From contig MHJF01000006.1 of NCBI GenBank assembly GCA_001818675.1, forward strand, positions 3,157-67,156: 64,000 bases of DNA, given 5' to 3'. Both the position numbers and the translations under genes were made by a program. The first letter of the stretch is position 1, and every line of letters begins with the position of its first letter. Positions 38,381 to 47,082 of this stretch are shown one piece after another. The stretch is from Candidatus Harrisonbacteria bacterium RIFCSPHIGHO2_02_FULL_40_20 (GTDB lineage: Bacteria; Patescibacteriota; Minisyncoccia; UBA6257; WO2-44-18). The notes below the pieces were generated by a model. It made no database searches and had not been told where the DNA came from. It worked only from the letters and a program-made list of their open reading frames with translations.

Positions 38381-38460
38381 AGGTGGCAGAGCGGTCAATT
38401 GCATCTCGCTGTAGACGAGACGCCTTTCAGGCTACGGGGGTTCGAATCCCTCCCTGCCCA
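38377..38460 (+). tRNA. tRNA-Tyr(GTA)
   Basis: TCTCG-CTGTAGA-CGAGA, long variable arm. Confidence 0.94.
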
Positions 38461-38557
38461 TAAAAATTCCCGAAGCAGTATTTATGCTGCTTCGGGAATT
38501 TTTATGGATGGATTCGAACCTAGTAACTCTTGATGATTTTTAGTATAATCTACTGAT

Positions 38558-38628
38558 GCCGGTGTAGCTCAATGGCAGAGCAACGCTTTTGTAAAGCGAA
38601 GACAGGTGTCCGATTCACCTCACCGGCT
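38558..38628 (+). tRNA. tRNA-Thr(TGT)
   Basis: CGCT-TTTGTAA-AGCG; atypical T loop TCCGATT; TATAAT upstream. Confidence 0.85.
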
Positions 38629-38724
38629 CCCAAGCGGCAGACCTCGCATTATGCGGGGCCTTTATGTTTTAGAAGGCTTCATAGTTGGAAAGAACTTGGT
38701 TTGTTGATTTTTTAAAATAGCAGT

Positions 38725-39321
38725 ATGATGTTATTAATGTTATCAAAAGAAAAATTACAAACGCTTTATTTTAAAAGAGGGAAATCAATGCAGGATATTG
38801 CAACAATTTTGAATTGTTCTTTAAGCAAAATTAAATATTGGATGGAAAAATATTCTCTACAAACTCGATCAATTAGTGAGGCTATTTATTTAAAACATAA
38901 TCCCGATGGAGATCCATTCCGATTTAGATACCCAAAAAATATAAAAGAAGGAGTATTGTTTGGTTTGGGTCTTGGATTGTATTGGGGAGAGGGTACTAAA
39001 GCCAATCTGAATTCAATACGTTTAGGTAACACAGATCCGCAGCTTATTAAAAAATTTATTGAATTCTTGGTTCATTTTTTTTCAATTAAAAAACGAGATT
39101 TTAAATTCGGACTGCAATTATTTAATGATATAGGGGTTTTAGAGGCTATGGACTTTTGGACAAAAAACCTTAAAATAAATAGGAGCCAGTTCTTTAAACC
39201 AACAATTACAAAATCTGGCTCCATAGGCACTTATAAAAAGAAAAGTAAGTATGGGGTCATAACGGTAATGTATCATAATAAAAAATTAAGAAATTTGCTG
39301 GTTAGTTTATTGCCAATGTAG
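38725..39321 (+). CDS. HTH + LAGLIDADG-like homing endonuclease
   Basis: N-terminal HTH (SMQDIA..LNCS..KI.YW), GLGLYWGEG helix, GNTDPQLIKKFIEFL; stop overlaps tRNA-Thr. Confidence 0.7.
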   Translation: MMLLMLSKEKLQTLYFKRGKSMQDIATILNCSLSKIKYWMEKYSLQTRSISEAIYLKHNPDGDPFRFRYPKNIKEGVLFGLGLGLYWGEGTKANLNSIRLGNTDPQLIKKFIEFLVHFFSIKKRDFKFGLQLFNDIGVLEAMDFWTKNLKINRSQFFKPTITKSGSIGTYKKKSKYGVITVMYHNKKLRNLLVSLLPM

Positions 39322-39577
39322 CTCAGCTGGTAGAGCAACTCCATGGTAGGCCGCTGGCCCTGCCCACTATGCAGGTAACCGCATAGTGAATCCTGAATAA
39401 CGGTTAAAGACCTTTCGTTAGGTTAAGACCGTGGCACGTAAAAAGGCCCGAACGACTGACAAGGGTTCGCCTAAGGCGGAAAGATACAGTCTAGCCCTTC
39501 TATAATCCGTTTAAGCTACGGAAAAATGAAGGTATAAGCGAAGGAGTAGGTCGCCGGTTCAATCCCGGCCATTGGCT
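39312..39577 (+). tRNA. tRNA-Thr(GGT) interrupted by a group I intron (exons 39312-39347 and 39541-39577)
   Basis: Joined exons give a perfect cloverleaf with ACTCC-ATGGT^AA-GGAGT. Confidence 0.9.
39348..39540 (+). ncRNA. Compact group I intron (193 nt)
   Basis: 5' exon ends in U, intron ends in G; R-like AACGACTGA and S-like AAGATACAGTCTA form P7; P8 CGCC-TAA-GGCG. Confidence 0.88.
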
Positions 39578-39747
39578 CAAAAATCGCTTCGCGATTTTTA
39601 CTTTTTTGATCTAATAAAAAAGTTGAAATATCATAATTCAGTCAGTACTAAATCTTTGCGACAACACATTTCTCTTGAAATTTTTCGGACAGAAGAGTAT
39701 TCTTTATGTAGAAGAAATTAGAAGGCGGGAAAAACAGATTAATTCGT

Positions 39748-39915
39748 ATGCCATCAAAATTCAGCGCTAATTTAATCAAGTTAAAATGTTCGGTTTGTAG
39801 CCGGTTTAATTATTCTACCCGTAAGAATAAAAAATTGGTGACTCGAAAAATAGAATTTAAGAAATTTTGTAATCATTGCCGCAAACACACGATACATAAA
39901 GAATCTAAGAGATAA
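39748..39915 (+). CDS. rpmG: 50S ribosomal protein L33
   Basis: LKCSVCSRFNYSTRKNKK..IEFKKFCNHCRKHTIHKE; missed by the ORF track. Confidence 0.95.
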   Translation: MPSKFSANLIKLKCSVCSRFNYSTRKNKKLVTRKIEFKKFCNHCRKHTIHKESKR

Positions 39916-40010
39916 AAAATCCTCTGTTATTCAGGGGATTTTTTATTATGTACAAATCATCATTTATAGGTATAATCTTTTTATCGGTTTTGTACTTTGA
40001 AAGGAGAAAA

Positions 40011-40649
40011 ATGTTTTGGTTCCAAGCAGTTGGAAATCTGTTGATGGGAATTTTAGATATGGCAGTGGGTATTTTCGTAGTATTTTTTATTGGATCATTA
40101 TATGGCCACGATGTGGGTTGGGCAGGTTATTTTTTAGGCGCGGCTTTAGGTGTATCTCCTGATATTGATCTTGTTTATCTTTTAATCCGCCGCGGCGGAT
40201 TTTCTGAAAATCATCACGAATATCTTACTCATCGTCCTATTATCGGTATTCCTGCGGCAGTTTTAATTGGCGGATTATTGGGTGGATGGTTTTGGGCGTT
40301 TATTGCTGGGATTTGCGTTTGTTGTCACTACGTACATGATACTAAAGGATTTGGGGGCGGGGGAATTGCTTGGTTCTGGCCATTTTCTAGATTTTATTAT
40401 TCCCCGTTTGGAATAGGGGATCCGGAACAGACTAAGAAAGTTAGAAATCATCATAAAGCGATTGAGCGCTTGATGCTTTCTCCTAGCCGTAAAGTGATCG
40501 TAGAGAATGCTATTGTCGCGATTTTAATTATGATTGTTGGAGGTAATCTTTGGGGTTGGCAGATTGGATTTTTATTAGCTGGCGCTTTTTGGGTCGGTAT
40601 CTTTACCATTTGGTTTTTATATTCTCGGTATGCTGTAAAAAGTTTATAA
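40011..40649 (+). CDS. Membrane metal-dependent hydrolase (YdjM-like)
   Basis: PDID, HH..LTH, HYVHD, WPFS; RBS AAAGGAG before 40011. Confidence 0.75.
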   Translation: MFWFQAVGNLLMGILDMAVGIFVVFFIGSLYGHDVGWAGYFLGAALGVSPDIDLVYLLIRRGGFSENHHEYLTHRPIIGIPAAVLIGGLLGGWFWAFIAGICVCCHYVHDTKGFGGGGIAWFWPFSRFYYSPFGIGDPEQTKKVRNHHKAIERLMLSPSRKVIVENAIVAILIMIVGGNLWGWQIGFLLAGAFWVGIFTIWFLYSRYAVKSL

Positions 40650-40712
40650 ACCAGTTTCGACTTAATGTTGAAACTGGCTTTTTTTATCAAATTTATTAGA
40701 ATCAAGAAGCAA

Positions 40713-40783
40713 GGGGGTGTCGTCCAACGGCAGGACTCTGGTCTCCAAAACCAGGTATTACGGTTCGAATCCGTACGCCCCCG
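40713..40783 (+). tRNA. tRNA-Trp(CCA)
   Basis: CTGGT-CTCCAAA-ACCAG. Confidence 0.92.
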
Positions 40784-40868
40784 CAAAATTTTTCGATTCC
40801 TTCATAATTGGCAATTCTCAAATTGCGTGATAAAATTTTGACAGCGGATTTTTGAAAATTAAAAAAGG

Positions 40869-40919
40869 CTAAATCCGCCAGTTGGCGGATCGCCCGATCA
40901 AAACCTCGTTTTGATTTAG
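40869..40919 (+). mobile_element. Family B element inside a Shine-Dalgarno site
   Basis: AAGG[CTAAA..TCGCCCGA..TTTAG]GGAGG-AAGC-ATG. Confidence 0.8.
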
Positions 40920-40928
40920 GGAGGAAGC

Positions 40929-41894
40929 ATGAGCCGCTTTTGCCTATTATTTTTATTAACGCCATTTTTCACCTTGCTTTGTTCCTGTGTTCACTATCAG
41001 ATGGATAACCCCAGTTACGCGGGTCCAAAGCCGTTGCCTGATGAAATAGCCCAGCTATATTCCTATGAAAAACACTCGATTAAGTATATAGAAAAAATAG
41101 TAGAGGAAAGCCCGAGATATACCCTTAAAAGAGTTGAGTTTATTGCGCCAGTCAAAGTTGCGGCGATTAAAAAAACCAAGATTGAAATTGATTATTACGA
41201 TGTTAAAGAACCGAAAATCGCTCCGGTTATTTTGGTCTTGCCAATTTTAGATGGCAATAGCGCTATATCTAATTTTTACGCGAAATATTTTGCTAATAAT
41301 GGTTACGCCGTTTTAATAGTAAATCGCAACGCCACGATTTTGCAGGCAGAAAGCATTAAGGGAATTGAACTTGCCCTTAGGCAAAATGTTATAGACCTAA
41401 AACGGGTACTGGATTGGGTAGAAACTAAAAATGATTTGGATAAAAATAATATCGGGGTTTTTGGAATTAGTTTAGGCGCCATCAACAGTGCTCTGATTGC
41501 TGCGTTGGATAAACGGATTAAAGCAGCGGTTTTAGGATTAGCCGGGGGCGACTTGCCTTATATTTTAACTCATTCTCACGAAAAAACCGTTCAAGAAGGA
41601 ATCGCCCGAATTAAAGAAAAAAATCATTGGAACGACGATGTTTTTTATTGCGAACTCCGGTGCGCGATCCAAACTGATCCGATAAAATACGCCAAATATA
41701 TAGACGCGCGGAAAGTTTTAGTGGTGGTCGCATTATTGGACAACGTAATTCATACCAAAAAAGGGAAGGCGTTGATTGCGGCGATTGGTATGCCCGAACG
41801 GATCTATATCGTTAGCGGCCATTATACTGCTATTTTTTATATTTTTTATACACGAAGCAAGACTTTACAGTTCTTTAATGAACGTTTGCGATAG
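40929..41894 (+). CDS. Alpha/beta hydrolase lipoprotein
   Basis: Lipobox-like LCSC, GISLG nucleophile elbow, D and GH triad positions. Confidence 0.85.
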   Translation: MSRFCLLFLLTPFFTLLCSCVHYQMDNPSYAGPKPLPDEIAQLYSYEKHSIKYIEKIVEESPRYTLKRVEFIAPVKVAAIKKTKIEIDYYDVKEPKIAPVILVLPILDGNSAISNFYAKYFANNGYAVLIVNRNATILQAESIKGIELALRQNVIDLKRVLDWVETKNDLDKNNIGVFGISLGAINSALIAALDKRIKAAVLGLAGGDLPYILTHSHEKTVQEGIARIKEKNHWNDDVFYCELRCAIQTDPIKYAKYIDARKVLVVVALLDNVIHTKKGKALIAAIGMPERIYIVSGHYTAIFYIFYTRSKTLQFFNERLR

Positions 41895-41946
41895 AAACGT
41901 GGCGCCCTATTAGAAATAGGGCGCTATTTATTATTTCCTAACCAAT

Positions 41947-41968
41947 ACCACGGGCGTAAGCCCGTGGT
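41947..41968. repeat. REP / IS200-IS605-end-like hairpin
   Basis: ACCACGGGC-GTAA-GCCCGTGGT. Confidence 0.6.
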
Positions 41969-42063
41969 TATTTACTTAATTGTTCCAGCTTTGCAGCCTC
42001 TTTTCGCTTATCCACAACGCTTGGTTAAGCGTTCATAACGTTGTGATATAATAAATTATAATA

Positions 42064-42303
42064 ATGTCAAAATTATTTTTTATTGCTATTGTGGTTGTCG
42101 CGTTAGTTGCGGCAGGAATTTTGTATTGGTTAAATCAGCCGGAGCCAATCAAAACTACCGGCGATGCTATTGAAGCGGTATCCGAATCGCCTCTGGCTGA
42201 CATTGGCACCGAAAGCAATCCTGGAAAGAAATTGCCGGATGTCAATCCAGTCACCCAAACCAATCCTTTTAAAGATGTTTATCAAAATCCTTTTGCTCCT
42301 TAA
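42064..42303 (+). CDS. Small membrane-anchored protein
   Basis: TM then NPF..Y.NPF. Confidence 0.6.
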   Translation: MSKLFFIAIVVVALVAAGILYWLNQPEPIKTTGDAIEAVSESPLADIGTESNPGKKLPDVNPVTQTNPFKDVYQNPFAP

Positions 42304-44241
42304 ATGATAAAACTCAAAGTTTATTTTTCTAAAGATTTTTTAGTAACAGCTATTATTTTTTTGTTCGCGGTTTTAGCGAGCGGCTTTATTATTCAGGCAA
42401 CTTACGCTCAAGTCAGCCGGAATTCGTCCATTTCTTTTAAAAAAGACTCACAAGGGCTTTTTACTGTAACGATTAGAGATCCGCAAGGCATTAAGGAATT
42501 TTCATTACAGCCTAAGGGTAAATTTCCTTATGGCGGAGGAATTAGCCAGTGTCCGACGAGTCGGGTGATTGCCAATGTTGCTTTTGATGATCCTTTTGAT
42601 TTTACTCCAGCAATGGGCGCTTATGTTATTGATTGCCAGAACAATCAAGATGATTTGCAGATTCCGTCGCCAAAGGATGGGTTGACAGTATCGGCTCGGG
42701 TTGGAGTGGAGGCAGAGCTAAAAAAAGAATCGGTTCAAGAAGCTCCTGCTTCAGTAGCGCCGGTTAAACCAACTTCTGCTCCGGAAAAAGCGCCTTTGGC
42801 AGAAATTATTTATCCGGTAGCGGAATTGGGAAATTGCGGCACGGAATTTGAGTGTCGAGCTTATTGCGATCAGCCGGAGAATTTAAACAAGTGTGTTGCG
42901 TTTGCCGAATCTCATGGATTGATGACTAAAGAAGACGCAGATTTAGCCCGAAAGTTTAAAGACGTTGTGAAAAATGGCGGTCCTGGCGGCTGTAATTCTC
43001 AACAATCTTGCGAAGCTTACTGCAATGATATTGACCACATTGATACTTGCCTTGTTTTTGCGGAGCAACATGAAATTTTAAGCGGCAAGGAATTAGAAGA
43101 AGCTAAAAAAGTTCAGTCAGCGATTAAGCGGGGAGCGAAAATGCCCGGCAATTGCCGCAGTAAAGGCGCTTGTGAAGCTTATTGCACCAACTCCGATAAT
43201 ATGGATGAGTGTATCGCTTTTGCCAAAGAGAATGGTTTTATGACAGAAGAAGAATTAAGGGAAGTAGAAAAGTTTTTGCCATTGATGAAGAGCGGGCAAA
43301 CTCCTGGCGCTTGCAAATCTAAGACAGCTTGTGAAGCTTATTGCGAAGCAGAGGGAAATTTTGATGAATGCATTGCTTTCGCGGAGAAAGCCGGCCTGAT
43401 CTCCGATGAAGAACTTAAACATATAGATAAATTTAAAAAAGCCGGAGGCGTAGGTCCGGGCGGATGCCGCGGCCGGTCTTGCCAGACTTATTGTGAAAAG
43501 CCGGAAAATCAAAAAGCCTGTTTTGCGTGGGCAAAAGAAAACGGTTTTATTGAAGAAGCGGATTTGCGGCGGATGGAGGAAGGAAAGCAGCAGTTGAAAA
43601 AGGCGTTGGAGCAGATGCCGCCTGAAGCTAAAGAATGCGTGGATGCGATTATCGGGCCGGGCGGCTTAGAAGGCGATTTCGTTGGTGGGCCGGAAATCGG
43701 CGATCAAATTCGTGTTTGTTTTGAACAGGCATTTTCTCAATTTAGCGGTCCAGGCGGCCCTGGTGAACATGGAGGTTTTCCAGGGGGCGATTTTTCGGGT
43801 CCCGGCGGTTGTACTAGCGAAGAAGAATGCCAAGTTTATTGCCAAGAAAATCCGGATGATTGTCAGGGATTTGGTCCGCCGGGCGGCGGAGGCGGTCCAG
43901 GCGGTGGAGGATCTGGTGGTGGCGGTTTTTCCGGTCCCGGCGGCTGTAGTAATCCGACAGAATGCATGTCTTATTGCAAGGAACATTATAATGATCCTGC
44001 TTGCAGTGCTTTTGGAGGCGGTGTTGAATCCAGCTCTGTTCCTAGCCAGAATTACCAACAACAATATCAACAGTCACCGCTAGTTCCTCAATATATTCAA
44101 CCTTCTGGCGGGTCGTCATACGAAATTCCTATCACGCCGGAGCTTTGCGTTAACTTCCAAGCCGTTCCTGCTTGTTCTTATGTTGGGGCGCCAGATTCTC
44201 AAAATTATCAGCTTTGTAAAAAGTGTTATCCGGATAAATAA
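42304..44241 (+). CDS. Secreted cysteine-rich repeat protein
   Basis: Signal/TM; about 7 (GP)GxC-x4-C-x2-YC-x6-7-C repeats. Confidence 0.8.
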   Translation: MIKLKVYFSKDFLVTAIIFLFAVLASGFIIQATYAQVSRNSSISFKKDSQGLFTVTIRDPQGIKEFSLQPKGKFPYGGGISQCPTSRVIANVAFDDPFDFTPAMGAYVIDCQNNQDDLQIPSPKDGLTVSARVGVEAELKKESVQEAPASVAPVKPTSAPEKAPLAEIIYPVAELGNCGTEFECRAYCDQPENLNKCVAFAESHGLMTKEDADLARKFKDVVKNGGPGGCNSQQSCEAYCNDIDHIDTCLVFAEQHEILSGKELEEAKKVQSAIKRGAKMPGNCRSKGACEAYCTNSDNMDECIAFAKENGFMTEEELREVEKFLPLMKSGQTPGACKSKTACEAYCEAEGNFDECIAFAEKAGLISDEELKHIDKFKKAGGVGPGGCRGRSCQTYCEKPENQKACFAWAKENGFIEEADLRRMEEGKQQLKKALEQMPPEAKECVDAIIGPGGLEGDFVGGPEIGDQIRVCFEQAFSQFSGPGGPGEHGGFPGGDFSGPGGCTSEEECQVYCQENPDDCQGFGPPGGGGGPGGGGSGGGGFSGPGGCSNPTECMSYCKEHYNDPACSAFGGGVESSSVPSQNYQQQYQQSPLVPQYIQPSGGSSYEIPITPELCVNFQAVPACSYVGAPDSQNYQLCKKCYPDK

Positions 44242-44243
44242 GA

Positions 44244-44459
44244 ATGGAAAAGTTACCTACAGAACCAAGCCGTGAAAATTTAGAGTTAGAAATTAATCAG
44301 CTTTTAGAGCGATTAGATGAGTTGGGTGATTTATATAGCCCGGAATTAGCGGAACAGTGGTGGGCCGTAGAAGAAGAAGCGAGATGCGGCAAGGACCGGC
44401 AAAAAGCCAAAGAACGCCTTGGAGATTTTATAAAACTATTAGAATCGGCTAAAAGATAG
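44244..44459 (+). CDS. Hypothetical small protein
   Basis: 71 aa ORF directly after the upstream gene. Confidence 0.5.
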   Translation: MEKLPTEPSRENLELEINQLLERLDELGDLYSPELAEQWWAVEEEARCGKDRQKAKERLGDFIKLLESAKR

Positions 44460-44540
44460 ATTATATTTTTTTGTTTAAGATATTTGGTGTAAAGAAAGAC
44501 TATTTTAACGCCGTTTTTTAATGATAATATAAGATATATA

Positions 44541-45332
44541 ATGAAATTTTTTGGAGGCGAACCTCAGCATTTAGAAACAGAAGAAAAACCTCATTCGGCA
44601 GGAGAGAATTTAGAAACTCAAAAAGAAAAAGCATTACAATCATTAGAAATAGAGCGGAGCGTTAAATTAATCGGCAATGCTAATAATAAGAGAATTAATG
44701 AGGTGTTTTTGGTAGAGTTGCATGGCGATGGCTCAGCAATATTTAAGCCGGCCAGTGGAGAAAAGTTTCCATTTGATTGGGCCGGGGAGCTTTATAAAAA
44801 TGAACGGGCGTCCTATTTGGTGGATAAATTTTTAGGATTTAATTTAGTGCCCACGACTGTTATCAGGGAAGTAAATGGGGAAATCGGCAGTATGCAGGAA
44901 TTTGTTTTTGAATCGACAGTCGGATTGGAAATTGACGATAAATTATTAAAAACTAATTATCGAGATGCTCTTAAAAAAATGTGGGTTTTTGATTATATAG
45001 TTTGGAATGGCGACAGACATGACGCAAATTTTCTTGTTAATTCGGATGGTTTACATGCTATTGATCACGGATTAACGTTTGTAAGGGAGCATATTCAACC
45101 CAGTATATATGAAGACTTTTATGACGAGTCGATGCCGGAAGATATTATTAGAAATTTGGAACAATTCTCTGATTCAGCCGAACAACAAAATCTTTTACGA
45201 CAGGCAATGTTAGAAATTTTAAATGAAAGAACAGTGGATGCTTGTTTGAAAAGAATTGAATTTATGGCCGCCATTTTAAAGAAATATAAAGGCGTAATAC
45301 CCAAATCGCTAAAGCCGTCTTTAAATTACTAA
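44541..45332 (+). CDS. PI3/PI4-kinase-like (HipA-related) kinase
   Basis: AIFKP..GE, E.A.YL.D..LGF.LVP.T, GSMQEF, N.DRH..N, IDHGL.F. Confidence 0.85.
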   Translation: MKFFGGEPQHLETEEKPHSAGENLETQKEKALQSLEIERSVKLIGNANNKRINEVFLVELHGDGSAIFKPASGEKFPFDWAGELYKNERASYLVDKFLGFNLVPTTVIREVNGEIGSMQEFVFESTVGLEIDDKLLKTNYRDALKKMWVFDYIVWNGDRHDANFLVNSDGLHAIDHGLTFVREHIQPSIYEDFYDESMPEDIIRNLEQFSDSAEQQNLLRQAMLEILNERTVDACLKRIEFMAAILKKYKGVIPKSLKPSLNY

Positions 45333-45348
45333 AATTGTCTAAATTTTC

Positions 45349-45615
45349 ATGCAATTTGTAGAAATTTATAAATTAAAAACCGGCGGAGAACAAGAAGTAA
45401 TCGCGCGATGTGAAATAGGGGATGGCGGTATTGTTAAATGTTTAGGCGACAAAATTTTTGTTAGTAATTTAGAAAAAGAGGGGATTTTTGAATATTCTGA
45501 ATCCGGCAGATCAGAAACAAAACTTTTTCCTAAAGACGGATTAAAATTTTTAGAACAGTTGTCATATAATTTTAAATCTGGTTATCTAAACGCTTCGGAT
45601 ATTAAAAATATTTGA
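45349..45615 (+). CDS. Hypothetical protein downstream of the kinase
   Basis: 88 aa, 16-nt gap. Confidence 0.55.
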   Translation: MQFVEIYKLKTGGEQEVIARCEIGDGGIVKCLGDKIFVSNLEKEGIFEYSESGRSETKLFPKDGLKFLEQLSYNFKSGYLNASDIKNI

Positions 45616-45696
45616 CGCGACTTGTTCTTTATGGAATACTAACTCAAGAGTTAGATGCTAGTTGTTCTTTAAAATTCTTTTTTAAAGGAGGCGATC

Positions 45697-47046
45697 ATGA
45701 GGCGTTTTTGCGTGTTGCTAGCGTTGGTTTTTAGTTTTTCTTTGACTGGCTGCCAAATCTGCCTTACCGTTCCTAATCCTGTAAAAATAGTTTGGGATCT
45801 TTTTGATAAACCAAGCGGAACGGAAGTTGTTTTCGGGACATACCAAGATTTAGAGCGTTTATTTTATGATCCGATGCGTTTAAAGCCATCTAGGCTTTTT
45901 AATGCCGCTCTTGATGGTATAGCGGAAGAATTGAAATCTAAAAACGCGGAGTTTAATTTTTCCAGGATTGACGATTCCGCGTCCGTCGTAAAAGCAAAAA
46001 AACATTTTGCTGCCGAATATAAAAAAGCTGAAGATTTAAACGCGGCTATTAATAACAGCGCGCAATTGGAATTTGCGGCGTTAAAAGGATTATTGGATGC
46101 CGTAGATAGCTCCCATACCGCTTTTATCACGCCTGAAAGGCTTAATGAGATTAGAAAAAGCAGAAGAGGAAAAAGCGGGTATGCCGGCATTGGCGTAGTT
46201 TTAAAAAAATTAGAAGATAATTTTTACTATATTGATTGGGTTACGCCTGGCAGTCCGGCTGCCGAAGTTGGCCTGCGAAAGTTCGATCGGCTGGTTAAAG
46301 TTAACGCGCTTGCTATTCCAAACGATATTGGCGAAATTTTTAAATTATTTCGAGGGGAAGAAAGAATTTCAGTTAAAGTTACGGTTGAGAGAGGAGGGAA
46401 AACTCTTGATTTTACTATCGCGCAAAGAGAGTTTGATTTACATTTAATCACTAGCCGTTATATTAACAGCGGGAATTCACGCTTTATCTATATTGAGCTC
46501 CGCGGTTTTGATCCTGATTCGGCTACAAAACTCAAAAATATTATCCGGCGCGCAGAGAAAGAAAACGTAAAAGGCATTATTCTGGATTTAAGAGGAAATC
46601 GCGGCGGACTGCTTGATTCCTTGATGGTGGCTTTAGAAATTTTTTCGAAAAAGGAAAGCGTAATGTTTATTCGCAGGCATTATGAAGAACAAGAGCTTCT
46701 TGTTTCTGGTAATCCCTTAACTGATTTGCCGATGGTGATGCTGGCAGATTCCCGTTCAGCTTCAGCCGCCGAAATTATGGCCGCTGTTCTTCAAGAAGCA
46801 AAAAGGGCGATAGTGGTAGGAACGAAGACAGCCGGCGCGGTGGAAGTTTCCATTCAGATATCCTTGCCATTAGGTTCGGCTATGACAGTGGCAATCCAGG
46901 AAGTTTTTACTGCGGAAGGAACAGTATTGGAAAAAGTGGGCGTTAAACCGGACAAAGAAGTTCAACTTTCTAAGGATGATATCAGCGCCGCTCAAGACAT
47001 GCAGTTAGAAGCGGCCCTAGTTGAATTATCCAAGTTAGTGAAATAG
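45697..47046 (+). CDS. S41 C-terminal processing peptidase with PDZ domain, lipoprotein
   Basis: LTGC lipobox, GIGV..GSPA..GL, LDLRGNRGG, SASAAEI, GV.PD. Confidence 0.92.
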   Translation: MRRFCVLLALVFSFSLTGCQICLTVPNPVKIVWDLFDKPSGTEVVFGTYQDLERLFYDPMRLKPSRLFNAALDGIAEELKSKNAEFNFSRIDDSASVVKAKKHFAAEYKKAEDLNAAINNSAQLEFAALKGLLDAVDSSHTAFITPERLNEIRKSRRGKSGYAGIGVVLKKLEDNFYYIDWVTPGSPAAEVGLRKFDRLVKVNALAIPNDIGEIFKLFRGEERISVKVTVERGGKTLDFTIAQREFDLHLITSRYINSGNSRFIYIELRGFDPDSATKLKNIIRRAEKENVKGIILDLRGNRGGLLDSLMVALEIFSKKESVMFIRRHYEEQELLVSGNPLTDLPMVMLADSRSASAAEIMAAVLQEAKRAIVVGTKTAGAVEVSIQISLPLGSAMTVAIQEVFTAEGTVLEKVGVKPDKEVQLSKDDISAAQDMQLEAALVELSKLVK

Positions 47047-47082
47047 ATAAAAGTAAAAGCCCACCGACATTATGTCGGGGGC

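Noticed and set aside
40864-40924. Repeated 5' leader as a riboswitch
   Set aside because: The same element occurs inside secA and at tRNA ends, and the downstream genes are unrelated, so mobility fits better.
43255-44083. Alternative-frame ORFs in the Cys-rich gene and other antisense ORFs within long genes
   Set aside because: They overlap well-supported CDSs and lack motifs.
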